Shown here: piece after piece, positions 27,185 to 38,769 of the stretch | Numbering within the stretch: position 1 is the first letter of the stretch | Layout: each line of letters begins with the position of its first letter | From: Eledone cirrhosa | Lineage: Eukaryota | DNA length: 64,000 nucleotides | Direction of reading: 5' to 3' | Assembly (NCBI GenBank): GCA_964016885.1 | Contig: OZ024748.1 | Span: 39,928,001 to 39,992,000 of the forward strand | Notes under the pieces: generated by a model | The model's database searches: none | Seen by the model: the letters and a program-made list of their open reading frames with translations, nothing else | What the model was told of the DNA's origin: nothing | Made by a program: the position numbers and the translations under genes

Positions 27185-28270
27185 TCTATATATACTATAA
27201 AGCTAACGGCCGTATGTATGTAACAAACTTTTCGCCAAACGGCTGGACCAAACAGCACCAAATTTGCACTATAGATGTAACTTTTTCCAAGTAAAAAGGT
27301 GAGGGTATTTTTGTCTACTGAATTTTGTTAAAAGATTAAAGACATTATTTAAATATTCACTTCTTTAAAATTTCAAATGTCAACACTTCCTGTTATACGA
27401 CATTCCTCACTTTTTTTCGTCGCACAACATTCCCCTCTTTTTCTTAGTCTGTCTTTTTAGATAGATATAGGGCTATAACGTAGCGTCTTTATAATATGTC
27501 TCTGTATGTCTGGCTGTCTGTATTAGATAACGTTTTTCGAAATATTTACTTCTGGGTTCACAGATTGATTTTTTTTAGTTTCAGAAGTTAAGGGTGAAAG
27601 CCTTTGCTTAAACATTGTTATTTTAATATATATATTCGTGTACAGATATTTTGCATACACAAAAACAAAAACCTATTTATTTCACTAAAGCACAGACGGC
27701 TTATCGTCATTGTTACTGTTCGAGGTTAGAGGACCACAGTCTTTCCAAGATCTGAGAACCATCAATAGCCATCAATGTTCCACTTACCGTTTGGCTTGCC
27801 AGATGCGTGGTTTGTTACACGATGACACCTATTGGCACCTCACCCTGCAAGAAGCAGCAACTGCTAAAGTCCCTTCTCAGCTGCGAAAACCTTTTGCTAT
27901 TATGCTGCACAACTGTGATCTCGCCACCCCGAAAGTCTAGTTGAAGACATCCTCCACCGCACACGCAGATACAATCCGAGCGTAACATACGATGTCGTTT
28001 TCAATGAGGCGCTCATCTGTCTTGAAAACAGTGTCCTGGAGATTGGTGGTAGGCTTCTGAGTCACTACAGCTTACCTACTCCTGACAGGAGTGTCCTGAG
28101 GTCAATGTCTACAGAGCTTCTCCGCGAGACGAGCTACGAGATCAGTGCTTCTCCAGTGGTCAATTGTATGTAGGATGCTCTAGGGTGAGCTCGCCAAACA
28201 ATCTCTTCATCTTTGCTCCGGAGGGCCGAACAAAAGATATTGTAAACTCTGAGGCTCTAACAATGTAATT
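27185..28270 (+). mobile_element. Helitron remnant with deleted Rep/Helicase coding pieces
   Basis: Starts with TC. ORF 27710-27940 LLFEVRGPQSFQDLRT...TYRLACQMRGLLHDD...LQEAA...PSQLR is a characteristic RepHel linker. A QLYVGCSR-like helicase C-terminal motif lies near 28160-28185. Confidence 0.8.
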
Positions 28271-29149
28271 TAAATATTTTCTGTTACTTGGAATTTTCAT
28301 TTTGGTTGTACAAATTATTGTTTGTTAAAAAATGTGTTCTCTGTTCAGCCTTTATTGTTGTAACTCTCAATTATCTTTAACGTACTGGCTGCTGAACTGG
28401 GGAATCCTAAAACTATTCAAACCCAACAATCATTTGGATAGTGAAAGAAAAAGAGAAAAATTTCAAATCTTTTATGAGGGATATGCAAATGAAGTAGAAG
28501 GGTAGACTGAAAATATCGTTATATTTAGACGCCAGGTACATTTAAATAATTATTAGGATACTTTATAAAAGAAGATGAAGCAGAAGAAGGAAGAAAGATA
28601 GGCTCATATTATTATTAGGGTGCAAGTAGATTTAAAAATTTAAAATGTGTTGAAGTGGTAGAATACTAAACCAAAAAGTGTTCAATATATAACCAAATCA
28701 TGAGTTATAATATATATATAATGTATATAATTATATTTTAAGGAATTAAGGTTGTAGGTACACTTTAGCTTATTATATTGCAACCAGTCAATTTAGCTTA
28801 TTATATTGAAACCAGTCAAATTAGCTTATTATATGGAAACCAGTCAATTTAGCTTATTATATTGCAACCAGTCATTATATACATATTTATATAAATAGAT
28901 AAAAATATATACATGCTGTTATTAATTCAAATATAATTTAAGGGTTACGAAGGATATGTGTTTACATTTTCAATATATAGTTAAGAAAAAAAAGTCCAAG
29001 ATGGCACGGATGGGGTGGTCAGGAAGGAGACGTCCATACCATAATGCCAATGTAAGACAGTAGCTATTGTCATTTTATCGTGTCAGTTGATATTACGTTA
29101 AATATAATTCCGGTTTTATCTGTGATTTACTGATATAGCTTACGTCAAT

Positions 29150-29555
29150 TGTTTCTTCTTCGTCCAGTTATTTCTGAGAGGGTCGTGGGGTCAGAGTCCT
29201 CCAACACTCCTTCCAGCAAGTCATGTCAGAAGCAACCGTTTCCAACTGATCCGGCTGGATCTCCCAAGCATGACCAGCCAAGCTCATGGATCTTAGCAAA
29301 CCATCTTACTCAGGGTGGGTCGATCCCTGGGTTTCTTGTCGGTTTGTTTTGCCCGTAAAATCTGTCCGGTGATTCTTTCCTGAGACAATCTAACCACATG
29401 TCCATAGTATCAGAGCTGTGATCTCTCAATTCGGAGAAGTAGCGGCTCTACCTGGAGTAACTCTCTGATCTCAGAACTACGCACTCTATCGAGTAACATT
29501 ACTCCAAAGACCCTTTAGAGGAATCCCATTTCGGCCGCTTGTATTGTTTCTATTT
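29150..29555 (-). mobile_element. RTE-clade LINE 3' fragment
   Basis: Homologous to the fragments at 32830-33630 and 38770-39010 (GR.R..W, W....L..LP.RP terminus). Confidence 0.6.
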
Positions 29556-29609
29556 ACGAAATAACACAACTGAGGATTTTAATAGTGTCAAATTTTCGTT
29601 TCTTTTCAG

Positions 29610-31107
29610 TTCCGACTTTATCGAACCATTTAAAATACATATTGTAGAGAACATAAAGATCAATAACCGTAACGACAGATTAATTGCTCTCGAGAAAGCT
29701 GACTACAACATCTTTAAATTACAACCTGAAGATGTCATGATCGATTTCCTTACAGATGCTGGCACTAATGCTTTCAGTCTTGAACAAAACGCAAGAATAT
29801 GGATGGGTGATGAAAGTTATGCCGGATCTACTAGTTATGAAACTTTGAAAGACACGGCAACATATATTTCTGGTTTTGAAAACATTCTGCCAGTTTTTTC
29901 TGAATGTATCAGCGAAGAGATTGTCGCTTCTTATTTCACAAAAGCTGGAGATAAGGTTATTGGGAATACTTTTACTTATTCACTTGAGAACCATATAAAG
30001 GATCTTCATGCTGAAGCGATTTCTTTGTTAGATTGGTCAGATAATAATTTTGCAGGAAATCTAGATGTTCAAGCACTCAAAAACTTATTGGCAGAAAATG
30101 ATAAAAAATCAATTTCCTTTCTTATAATGAATGTACCAGCAAAAAGTAGTGGTGGCCAACCAGTTAGTATGTCAAACATGAAAGCAGTTTCTGATCTCTG
30201 TCGCGAACATTCGATTCCGATATACATCGAAAGTAGTATGTATGGTGAGAACTGTTGGCTCAATAAAATGTACGAAGAGGCTTACTTCAATAAATCGTTA
30301 GTTGAGATATCGCAAGAAATGTTTTCTTTTTTCGATGGCTGCATTATTTCTGCTAAAAGAGATGGTAGAAGTGAGATTGGAAGTGTCATTTGTCTTCAAG
30401 ACAAAGAAATGACTCGAAAATTGGGCACTGTTATTACTCTTAAAGCAGGTTTCATAACTTATGGTGGGATGGCTGGCCGAGATATGGAAATGGTAGCGGT
30501 TGGCATGCGAGGTGCTTTGGATGAACAACTGCAAGACTATCGACAAAAACAATTGGCATTTTTCAAAAGATCCCTGAAGGAATTTGGTGTTCCGATTGTG
30601 GAGCCAGTCGGTTGTAATACCATCTTCATTGATGCTGAAAATGCTTTTCCTAACTGTAAACACGCGTTTTATCCAGCCTGGTCTTTATCTTGTGCTGTTT
30701 ATATCGTCGGGGGTATCCGATGCGCAGAGTTTGGTCAAGTTACTCGTCCAACAAGCAGCTTACCCACTAATCATTTTCTGAAAGACCGAGAATTACTAAA
30801 GCTTGAGATACCTCGTTTCATCTATACGACTTGTCACATTTTCTATGTTGCCTATGTTTTCGCTCAGCTTATTTCACATGAAATGCTTTCTGGAATGAAA
30901 CTTATTGCCTGCTCCGAAGACCAAATAAAACTCGTGAAAATAAAAATGAAACCAAATCATTCTCTGGAATATGACGATATCCAACTCCTTCCGGTACAAG
31001 ACTGTGAACACATTCACTTCTTTAAAAACATATCTAATCAAAGAGTTATGAAAAGAAATTCAATCGCCGAGGCATCTTCTATATGGTCAGTCGACATTCC
31101 TTCTTAA
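29610..31107 (+). CDS. Exon A: tryptophanase/tyrosine phenol-lyase-family domain, predicted PLP-less, retaining the trans-acting Tyr motif
   Basis: Uninterrupted ~1.5-kb ORF with EPFKI, IDFLTDAGT, GDESYAGS, GGQPVS, GFITYGGMAGRDME, GGIRCAEFG and IPR..YT. Polypyrimidine-AG acceptor (ttttcgtttcttttcag) ends at 29609. No ATG start: the ORF-track start at 29539 is a TTG inside an RTE relic. SAKKD is replaced by SAKRD. Possible donor at 31086. Confidence 0.85.
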
Positions 31108-31301
31108 AAAGGGGACAAACACGTTAGATAATGTAATCGTAGACACAAAAAAGACGTGGTAGTCATGATTGGAACGTCCCTGATCATAGAATTGCTCTGT
31201 CAATGTTCACCTGAACTTAAACAACAGCAACAACAACACAGAGATTTTTTTTGTTGCACCCAAACAGGATTCTGTAAATTCTAGATTGTACATTCTTTTA
31301 T

Positions 31302-31442
31302 TCTTTTACTGGTTTCAGTCATTAGACTGTGGCCATGCTGGGGCACTGTTCTTTTACTGGTTTCAGTCATTAGACTGTGGCCATGCTGGGACAGTGGTCT
31401 TTTACTGGATTCAGTGATTCTACTGTGGCCATGCTAGGGCAC
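31302..31442. repeat. ~48-bp tandem repeat x3 (CTTTTACTGGTTTCAGTCATTAGACTGTGGCCATGCTGGG...)
   Basis: Visible tandem units. Confidence 0.8.
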
Positions 31443-31640
31443 CAATTGATTGTTAGTTTGTTTTTTTTAATTGGTTTTATTCCCAACAATTAAACTATTG
31501 AACATGATTTTGAATAGAAAGTAGGGGAAAACATTGACAGTCTTGTCAAATATAGTTTTAATATTATGTTAACAAAAAAAGGAAATAAAATATCTTTGGA
31601 AACTTAAATATATTTCTTGTGATGTTCTTTTTACAATTAT

Positions 31641-31922
31641 TTCACCAATATATAATTAATATCAAACATTGTGATGTATGTTTCACCAATATATAATTAA
31701 TAACAAACATTGTGATGTATGTTACACCAATATATAATTAATATCAAACATTGTGATGTATGTTACACCAATATATAATTAATATCAAACATTGTGATGT
31801 ATGTTACACCAATATATAATTAATATCAAACATTGTGATGTATGTTTCACCAATATATAATTAATATGAAACATTGTGATGTATGTTTCACCAATATATA
31901 ATTAATATGAAACATTGTGATG
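31641..31922. repeat. 41-bp minisatellite x~7
   Basis: Unit TTCACCAATATATAATTAATATCAAACATTGTGATGTATGT. Confidence 0.9.
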
Positions 31923-32829
31923 TGGTTGTGATAATTCGGGGAAAGATGGTACAACGAATATTAGATAAACTAAGGTGAAAAGATACGACAAATCAGCATT
32001 TTAAACTTTTGTCTTATATTTCTTGATATTTTGAGGTGAAAAACTTTTTTCAAAAGAAAGAAATGGAGTCTGGTGTTGTCAACGCCCAAAGAATTGTTGA
32101 TAAACGATTTATTTACATCAACTTATTATTGATGGTGACATGCTTTTGTTTCACTTTAAAAAAATATTATAATAAGGTGACATACTAATATAAATATTAT
32201 TTTAAAAATAAAAAACAAATCTTGAAACATCTTATGACTGTGGCAGTGGCAAGGTTTATAGAGTTAAGAAGCCTCACAACCATCTGATTTCCGGTTCCTT
32301 TAGACTACATGGCATCTTAAAGAAGTGTCTTTCTGCCATAGGTTCGAGTCAACAAAACGGACAGTTTGCCCTTTTCAGCTTGGCGGGCAGCAGGGCCTGG
32401 ACTGGTGGTGGAATGCACCAGGTTGGTACTTGCAATTAATTGTAATATAACTGATAGATGTTGTTTCAATTCTGTGCCATTAATTGTAGATCAACGACAA
32501 CATTGTTGCAGTAGTTATTTCAATTCTGTGCCATTAATAATCTGTGTTACGAACACTACATAAATAGTCTACAGGTGTTACCTTGATTTCACCAGATGGA
32601 AATATCAAAATCAAAATTGATTATGTAATTGTTCCAAACAATATTCTCGAAATGGTGAAAAACTGCCATGTGTATATTTCTACAGATATTGGTCTAGAAT
32701 ATTTCAACTTAGAGACTGGAAAACACAAACGTTATTATCATAAATGTACTGTGATTGTGTAAGGCTTAATTATTAAAGATTGTAAGATCCATTCCCAGTG
32801 AATTGGTCAAACTATATCCAAGAATTTTC

Positions 32830-33630
32830 TTTTTCTTCCTTCACTTATTCCTGGGAAGGTCGTGGGGGAAGAGTCTTGAAACACTCCTTCTAGCAGGTCC
32901 TGTCAGAAGCAACCATCTCCAACTGATTTGGCTGGATCCCCAAGCGATACCTGCCAAGCTTATGGATGTTATCCAACTATCTTGCTCAGGGTCTACTCCT
33001 GGGTCTCCTGCTGGTTGGTTTTGCCAATAAAATCTGTCCAGTATTTCCTTGGACATTCTAGCCATATAATATGTAATATCAGAGCTATGATTTCTCAATT
33101 CGGAAAAGTATCAGTTCTACCAGGTGTGATTCACAAGTCTCCAAGCTACACACACTATCGAGTAATGATACTCCAAATACCCTTTTGGAGGAACCCCATT
33201 TTGGCCACTTGTATTTGCGATTGTATTCTTTCAGTCATTACACAAGATTCATGACCATAGGTAAGGGTTGGCACGAAAACCGAATTGAAGATAGTGAGTT
33301 TGGTGTTTACACCTACCTCCCTTCTTCTGATTACCAAATACCAAAGCTGTCACATTACTGCGGCAGCTCCTGCAATTATTGCACTTAATTCGGCCTCCTG
33401 CCTTCCATCACTCGTGACCATGGCCCTGAGATACTTGAACTTCTCTACCAACTTCAGTAGAACTCCCTTCGCATGTAGAATGCACTGCGCAGGCTTCCTT
33501 TAGAAGACGAGTGTCTCAGTTTTCACAGCACTGAATTTCATTCCAGCCATGCATCACTCTGCATCAAACCTATCAAGTGCAAGTCAGAGATCACCTTTTG
33601 TTGAGTTTGTAACACCATGTTGTCTGCAAA
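32830..33630 (-). mobile_element. RTE-clade LINE 3' portion (degenerate)
   Basis: KFKYLR, TKLTIFNSVFVPTLTYGHES, ..QVAKMGFL motifs on the minus strand. Confidence 0.75.
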
Positions 33631-33721
33631 TTCCAGCCACAAATTGCTGGCCATGTGCCTAAATTAGAAAACCTTATTCCTGCAAAAGGTCCTGTTAATC
33701 CTTAATTATTATTAAATATAG

Positions 33722-33976
33722 CATATATACAAACTGGAGCTGTGTCAGGGACCAGTCCGCAAACATATATACAAACTGGAGCTGTGTCAGGGACCAGCCT
33801 GCAAACATATATACAAACTGGAGCTGTGTCAGGGACCAGTCCGCAAACATATATACAAACTGGAGCTGTGTAAGGGACCAGTCCACAAACATATATATAA
33901 ACTGGAGCTGTGTCAGGGTCCAGTCCGCAAAAATATATACAAACTGGAGCTGTGTCAGTGACAATGTCTGCAAACA
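33722..33976. repeat. 42-bp minisatellite x~6
   Basis: Unit CATATATACAAACTGGAGCTGTGTCAGGGACCAGTCCGCAAA. Confidence 0.9.
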
Positions 33977-34301
33977 ATGAGTTGAAAATTTTAACACCAA
34001 GAAATATATGATAAATAAAAACTACAGTTAACAGATTTTTGTGTTTTGAATTACTAAAGTGACACGTGTACAATGTAATTGGTATATATATATATACTCT
34101 CTCTATATGTATGTGTTTTTATATAAATATGTAAATATTTGTGTGTATATATATATATATTGTTGTTATATAGTAAGGTGTATTATTGGTTGTGTCATAC
34201 GGTCCAATAAACTTTTGTTAGCAATATTAAGTTCTCCACGCTTTTGTATATCTCCAATTCCATTTAAGGGAACAGCTAGATGATGTAAAACGGAGTATTT
34301 G

Positions 34302-35881
34302 TATCAAAATAAAGATCCGAAAGCATGGTATAAATTTCCAATCATTTTAATCACAACACGTTTCAATAAGGGATAGATCGATCGTGTGGTCATGATCGAT
34401 TATCACTGATTTCATCATTCTTAACTGAGCGTGTAATACGTCTATTTACTAACTGAGAGAACTCTATGGTTAGGGTATTCTAAACCTTCCTCAGGATTTT
34501 TGGAAAGTAACCTACCACTAACTGCCCCCTTTTTACCTTAGCCATAGAGTTCTCTCAATTAGCAAAAAATAGACAATCACACACTCAGGTAGTAGACAGC
34601 TAAGATCGTTTGCGCACCTACACACTGTACTCGGTGTGTTTCCACAGAGTTCTCACAGCTGAGTGCATATTTACCATTACTTTAGAATACCTAGTTAGTA
34701 AATAGTTAGAACAATTACACTCGCAGTTAAGACCGATTACGCGCATTCACCATTACTTTAGAATACCCTAACCATAGAGTTCTCTCAGTTAGTAAATAGA
34801 CGTATTACACACTCAGTTAAGAACGTTACGCTCTTTATACATAATTCTACACAGTACCCGGTTTCTTTAGACACAGAGTTGCCACAGTTATGACCAGTCA
34901 TGATCTTGTCGATTGAATACTACACTAGGTTTTGGTCTGTGATCCTCTAACCAAGGAGTGCTCACAGTTTGCTGAATGGACAATACTACTTACACGCCAT
35001 CAATGGACTTACACACATCCCCGGGGTTTTATTTTATTTTGTGTTGGGTAACACACCTCCACCACTCAAACACTTATCTTAAAGGCCCGAGGGAAAACGC
35101 ACACACTGACACCTTAACTCAAATACCCAACCCTACATGGAGCCCCTTGTTGGCCTACATGGCAGGTGCTTGCACGCACAGACTCGGGGACCCAGATTCT
35201 CAACGGGACAACGGCACATATAGAGTTCGATACGAGCTGACTACTTGCTCTACACATGGATTTGTATATACCAAAACATACACTATTTAGACGATACAGA
35301 TGTTACAATTCAATCGATACACGTATAGCAGAACGTTGAAGGGAATTTACTTGCGTGTGTATAGTGTTGTGGTTGACCCAATTTTTTTCTAATTTACATC
35401 GTGAAAATTGAGATTTGACCAATATAACGTTTGTTGTTTTGTAACCTAACTTTTGGTGCATACTGTGTTGCTGTGTATATTTTTTTTTCTCTGACCTCGC
35501 GTCGGTGTGTGTGAGTGTGTGTGCACTCAATAACACTAATTGTGACGGACCAAAATTCTACAGATCTGGTGCTGAGATTAGACCTGTCCAGCGTCTTTTA
35601 CAGCTATTGAGAGATAGAGACTTGATAGATTTATGACCCTGACTGAAGACAATAGCAGTTGGCGTGTTTTGGCTGCTGATTATTCATATGGGGAACAAAA
35701 CTCCAGTGAGTGAACATCGTTAGTTTTTCCTCCCTCATATCAAAGATTTCAAGACATTTCATTATTCACCTGAGATCAGTGATAATCGATCATGACCACA
35801 CGATCGATCCCTTATTGAAACATGTGTCGTGATTAAAATGATTGGAAATGTATACCATGCCTTCGGATCTTTATTTTGATA
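34302..35881. mobile_element. Non-autonomous TIR element (MITE-like, ~1.6 kb) between exons A and B
   Basis: ~110-bp inverted termini TATCAAAATAAAGATCCGAA... (34302-34413) / ...TTCGGATCTTTATTTTGATA (35770-35881). A further internal inverted pair lies at ~34418-34485 / ~34757-34823. Confidence 0.75.
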
Positions 35882-35918
35882 TATATATATAAAACTGAAT
35901 TTACATTTTTTTTTCCAG

Positions 35919-37308
35919 TCTCCAAGCAATGGAACCTTACAGGATTAAGGTATTTTATCCAGTCAATTTAATCCCCAAGTCTGACCGTATTGCATGTCTA
36001 AAAGCTGCCAACTACAACCCCTTTCTACTTAAATCGAAAGACATATTTATAGATTTGCTAACAGATTCTGGTACAGGAAGTCAAAGCAGTGCCCAGTGGT
36101 CGGCTATGACTAAAGCCGGCTATTCAACTATTAATTCCGAATACGTTAAGGAATTTGTACGTACAATTCAACACATTACCAATTTCAAACATGTATTTCC
36201 AGTTCATCAAGGTCGAGGAGCCGAAGGTTTGTTGGCAAAACTCCTACTGAATAAAGAGAGTGTTGTACTGAGTAATTCTCTCTTTGACACAACACGAGCA
36301 CACGTTGAGTCATCTGGTGCAATTGGAATAGATTTGGCAACAAAGTCTTCAAAATTCTTAGGTGATGCCGATGTGGAAAAATTTGAAGAAACACTGGATG
36401 AATATGGTTCTAGAGTTCATCTTGTAATAATAACCTGCACCAATAATGTGGTAGCCGGAGCTCCTGTGAGCATGCAAAATATAGAAATCATAACAAAATT
36501 ATGTCGAAACAAGAATATCCCAGTTATAATGGACGCATGCCGTTTTGTTGAAAATGCTTATTTTATCAAGACCTTAGACGAAAAATATTCTAAACACACA
36601 ATCTTAGATATTGCCAGCGAAATGTTTTCTTATTTTGATGGTGCAACTATGTCTTTAAAGAAAGATGGTATGAGCAATGAAGGTGGGTTTATAGCTTTCA
36701 ACAACGACAAATGGGCCACCAAAATATTTGACATAATCGAATATAAAAGTGGTTATTCAACTTACGGGGGAATAACTGGATCAAATCTTGTAGCATGTAC
36801 TGTCGGAATTTCTGAGGCTATGAACGAAAATTACCTCCGATCAAGAATCTATCAGGCTAAATTACTGGCTGATTTCTTGGAAGATAATAATATTCCCGTA
36901 TTTAAACCAGTAGGGGCCCATGCCGTCTACGTGAAAGCAAACAAAGTCTTGCCACACCTTGATTTCTTGAAGTATCCAGCATGGTCCCTTAATTGTGCCG
37001 TATATATCGATGGTGGTATTCGATGTGCAGAAATTGGCAATATAATGTTTGGTGAAAATTCAGATGGAACAAAACAAATTCATCCCTTTGAATATGTGCG
37101 TTTGGCTTTACCCAGAAGAACCTATACGGTCAACCATCTGCATTTTGTGGCCAAAACTTTTGGTTTTGTTGCCAAAAAAGCCCATTTAATCCACGGAATG
37201 GAAATTGTCAAATCTTCGCATCTCCTAAGACATTTCACAATTTGGATGAGACCATTAAATGAATACCACCTTGAAAAGAATAATAATCAGAAAAAAATAA
37301 ACTGTTGA
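35919..37308 (+). CDS. tnaA: Exon B: tryptophanase (tryptophan indole-lyase)-like domain with intact PLP site but no GDExY motif
   Basis: MEPYRIK, IDLLTDSGT, HQGRGAE, SNSLFDTT, MDACRFVENA, MSLKKDG (PLP Lys codon 36661-36663), TYGG, GAHAVY, GIRCAEIG, VRLALPRRTY, LRHFT. FDTT, EIG and LRHF are the TnaA-type rather than TPL-type (FTTT, ERG, LRFF) residues. Acceptor tttttttttccag ends at 35918; an in-frame ATG is at 35929. Confidence 0.9.
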
Positions 37309-37629
37309 AGTTTGCCATAAATTACAATGTCAGTTATCTCTTGTGTACAGAAGAAGTTCATTAGAAGTATATATCACACTGGCCAAATTACCCACACCTT
37401 GCTGCGTTTCACACTTTTTTTTTTTTAAAGAAAATGATGAATGATTTTAAATCAGCGATATAATTTATGGAGAAAAACTCTGCATTTCAATATTACTCAA
37501 TGTAAAATGTAATGCATGAAAAATTGGAAAACATTATTTTTTGTTATATATCAAATCAAAATTACATTATTAAATCTGATTCTATTTTGTTTCTTGTAAA
37601 TAATTTTTTTCAAAATATCAATTCAAAAC

Positions 37630-37880
37630 TTTTGTGAATAGGGCATCATATCTTGTCATTTACATATGGTTTAAATTTCATATAAATCGAAAGGAAAAAA
37701 TTTTCAGCAGGGATTTGTGCCTCCGGGGAACCCTTTGATTAAAATGAAATATACTTATCCAAGTAACCTGGGAAATGTAGTTTCAGAATATATATGGTTA
37801 TGGGGATCTAGCTCCAAAACTATAGGAGGAGTTCATGAACAAACAAACAGACAGGAACTACAACTTTATATATATAGATT
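37630..37880 (-). mobile_element. Partial copy of the Helitron-like repeat at 26328-27160
   Basis: Shared TTTGTGAATAGG..ATCATATCTTGTCATTTAC and CCCTTTGATTAAAATGAAATATAC. Confidence 0.7.
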
Positions 37881-38011
37881 ACTACCTACGTTTAAATGGG
37901 TTTTATATAAATGAATTTAAATGGCTTTTAATGGGTACATGTGTGTGCTTATATTAGTGAAGAAGTGCTTGCTTAAGAACTATGACATATGACTTCATAA
38001 CACATATTATT

Positions 38012-38202
38012 GTGGTGGATTGGCAGTATTGGGAGAGGGTCGGATGCCATGCTTTGACGTATAGAGTTACGGCCCTTGCCATTCTGAGTTCAAATCCCGC
38101 CGAGGTTAACTTTGCCTTTCATCCTTACGGGGTCGATAAAATAAAGTACCAGTAATGAACTGGATATTTGCTGACCGTGTGCCTAACTTAGAAACAATTA
38201 TT
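38012..38202 (+). mobile_element. tRNA-derived SINE
   Basis: A/B boxes and family core. Confidence 0.85.
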
Positions 38203-38769
38203 GCTATAAAGAGAAATTCGTATTTTCTTGCATGTTTACATGCCTACATATTAAATATATGTATAGTTCTACACACAGTCTCAGCTACACACTCTGTATT
38301 TATACAGATATAAATTTATCATTCACTATGGCTGCTAGCATACTTCTTAATATATATATATTAAATAAGTACCAATACAAACGCTAATTAAATGCAAATT
38401 AATTTCATTGGTACAAGAGATTTCAACACATTCTGCTTTTCAACTCGGCAAAAATACAGAGAGTTTGGCTAATATAGCAACATAGCTACACACACTTGCT
38501 AACCCTAACCCCTGCCGAAATTGAAACTAGCTGAGTTTGCTACACAGGTTACTAAATATCACGACTATGTATTCTACAATTGCACACACAATATACTGCA
38601 TGTATACTTGCACCTTTTTCTGTTTTCATTGCTGCACCTTAACAACGAAGTAAATCATTTTATAAATAAAAATATTTAAATTAGCAGTGTCTTGTTTATT
38701 TGTTAATTCTTATCCACGTGATTTGGAAAAATCATCTTACCCAGGGTAATATCACTTCACAGTACACAT

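Noticed and set aside
29539-29609. ORF-track N-terminus of copy A
   Set aside because: Starts at a TTG inside an RTE relic and spans a clear polypyrimidine-AG acceptor, so it is interpreted as intron.
30991-31000. Alternative donor CCG|GTACAA
   Set aside because: Phase 0, incompatible with the phase-2 acceptor at 35918, and a weak consensus match.
29610-31107. Copy A as a simple pseudogene
   Set aside because: No stops or frameshifts over ~500 codons despite deep divergence from B, and the losses are confined to cis-acting PLP residues while trans-acting motifs are conserved.
29610-37308. Bacterial contamination or a tna operon
   Set aside because: No tnaC/tnaB or other bacterial genes and no obvious Shine-Dalgarno; spliceosomal acceptors are present; the intervening DNA holds the same eukaryotic repeats as the rest of the window.
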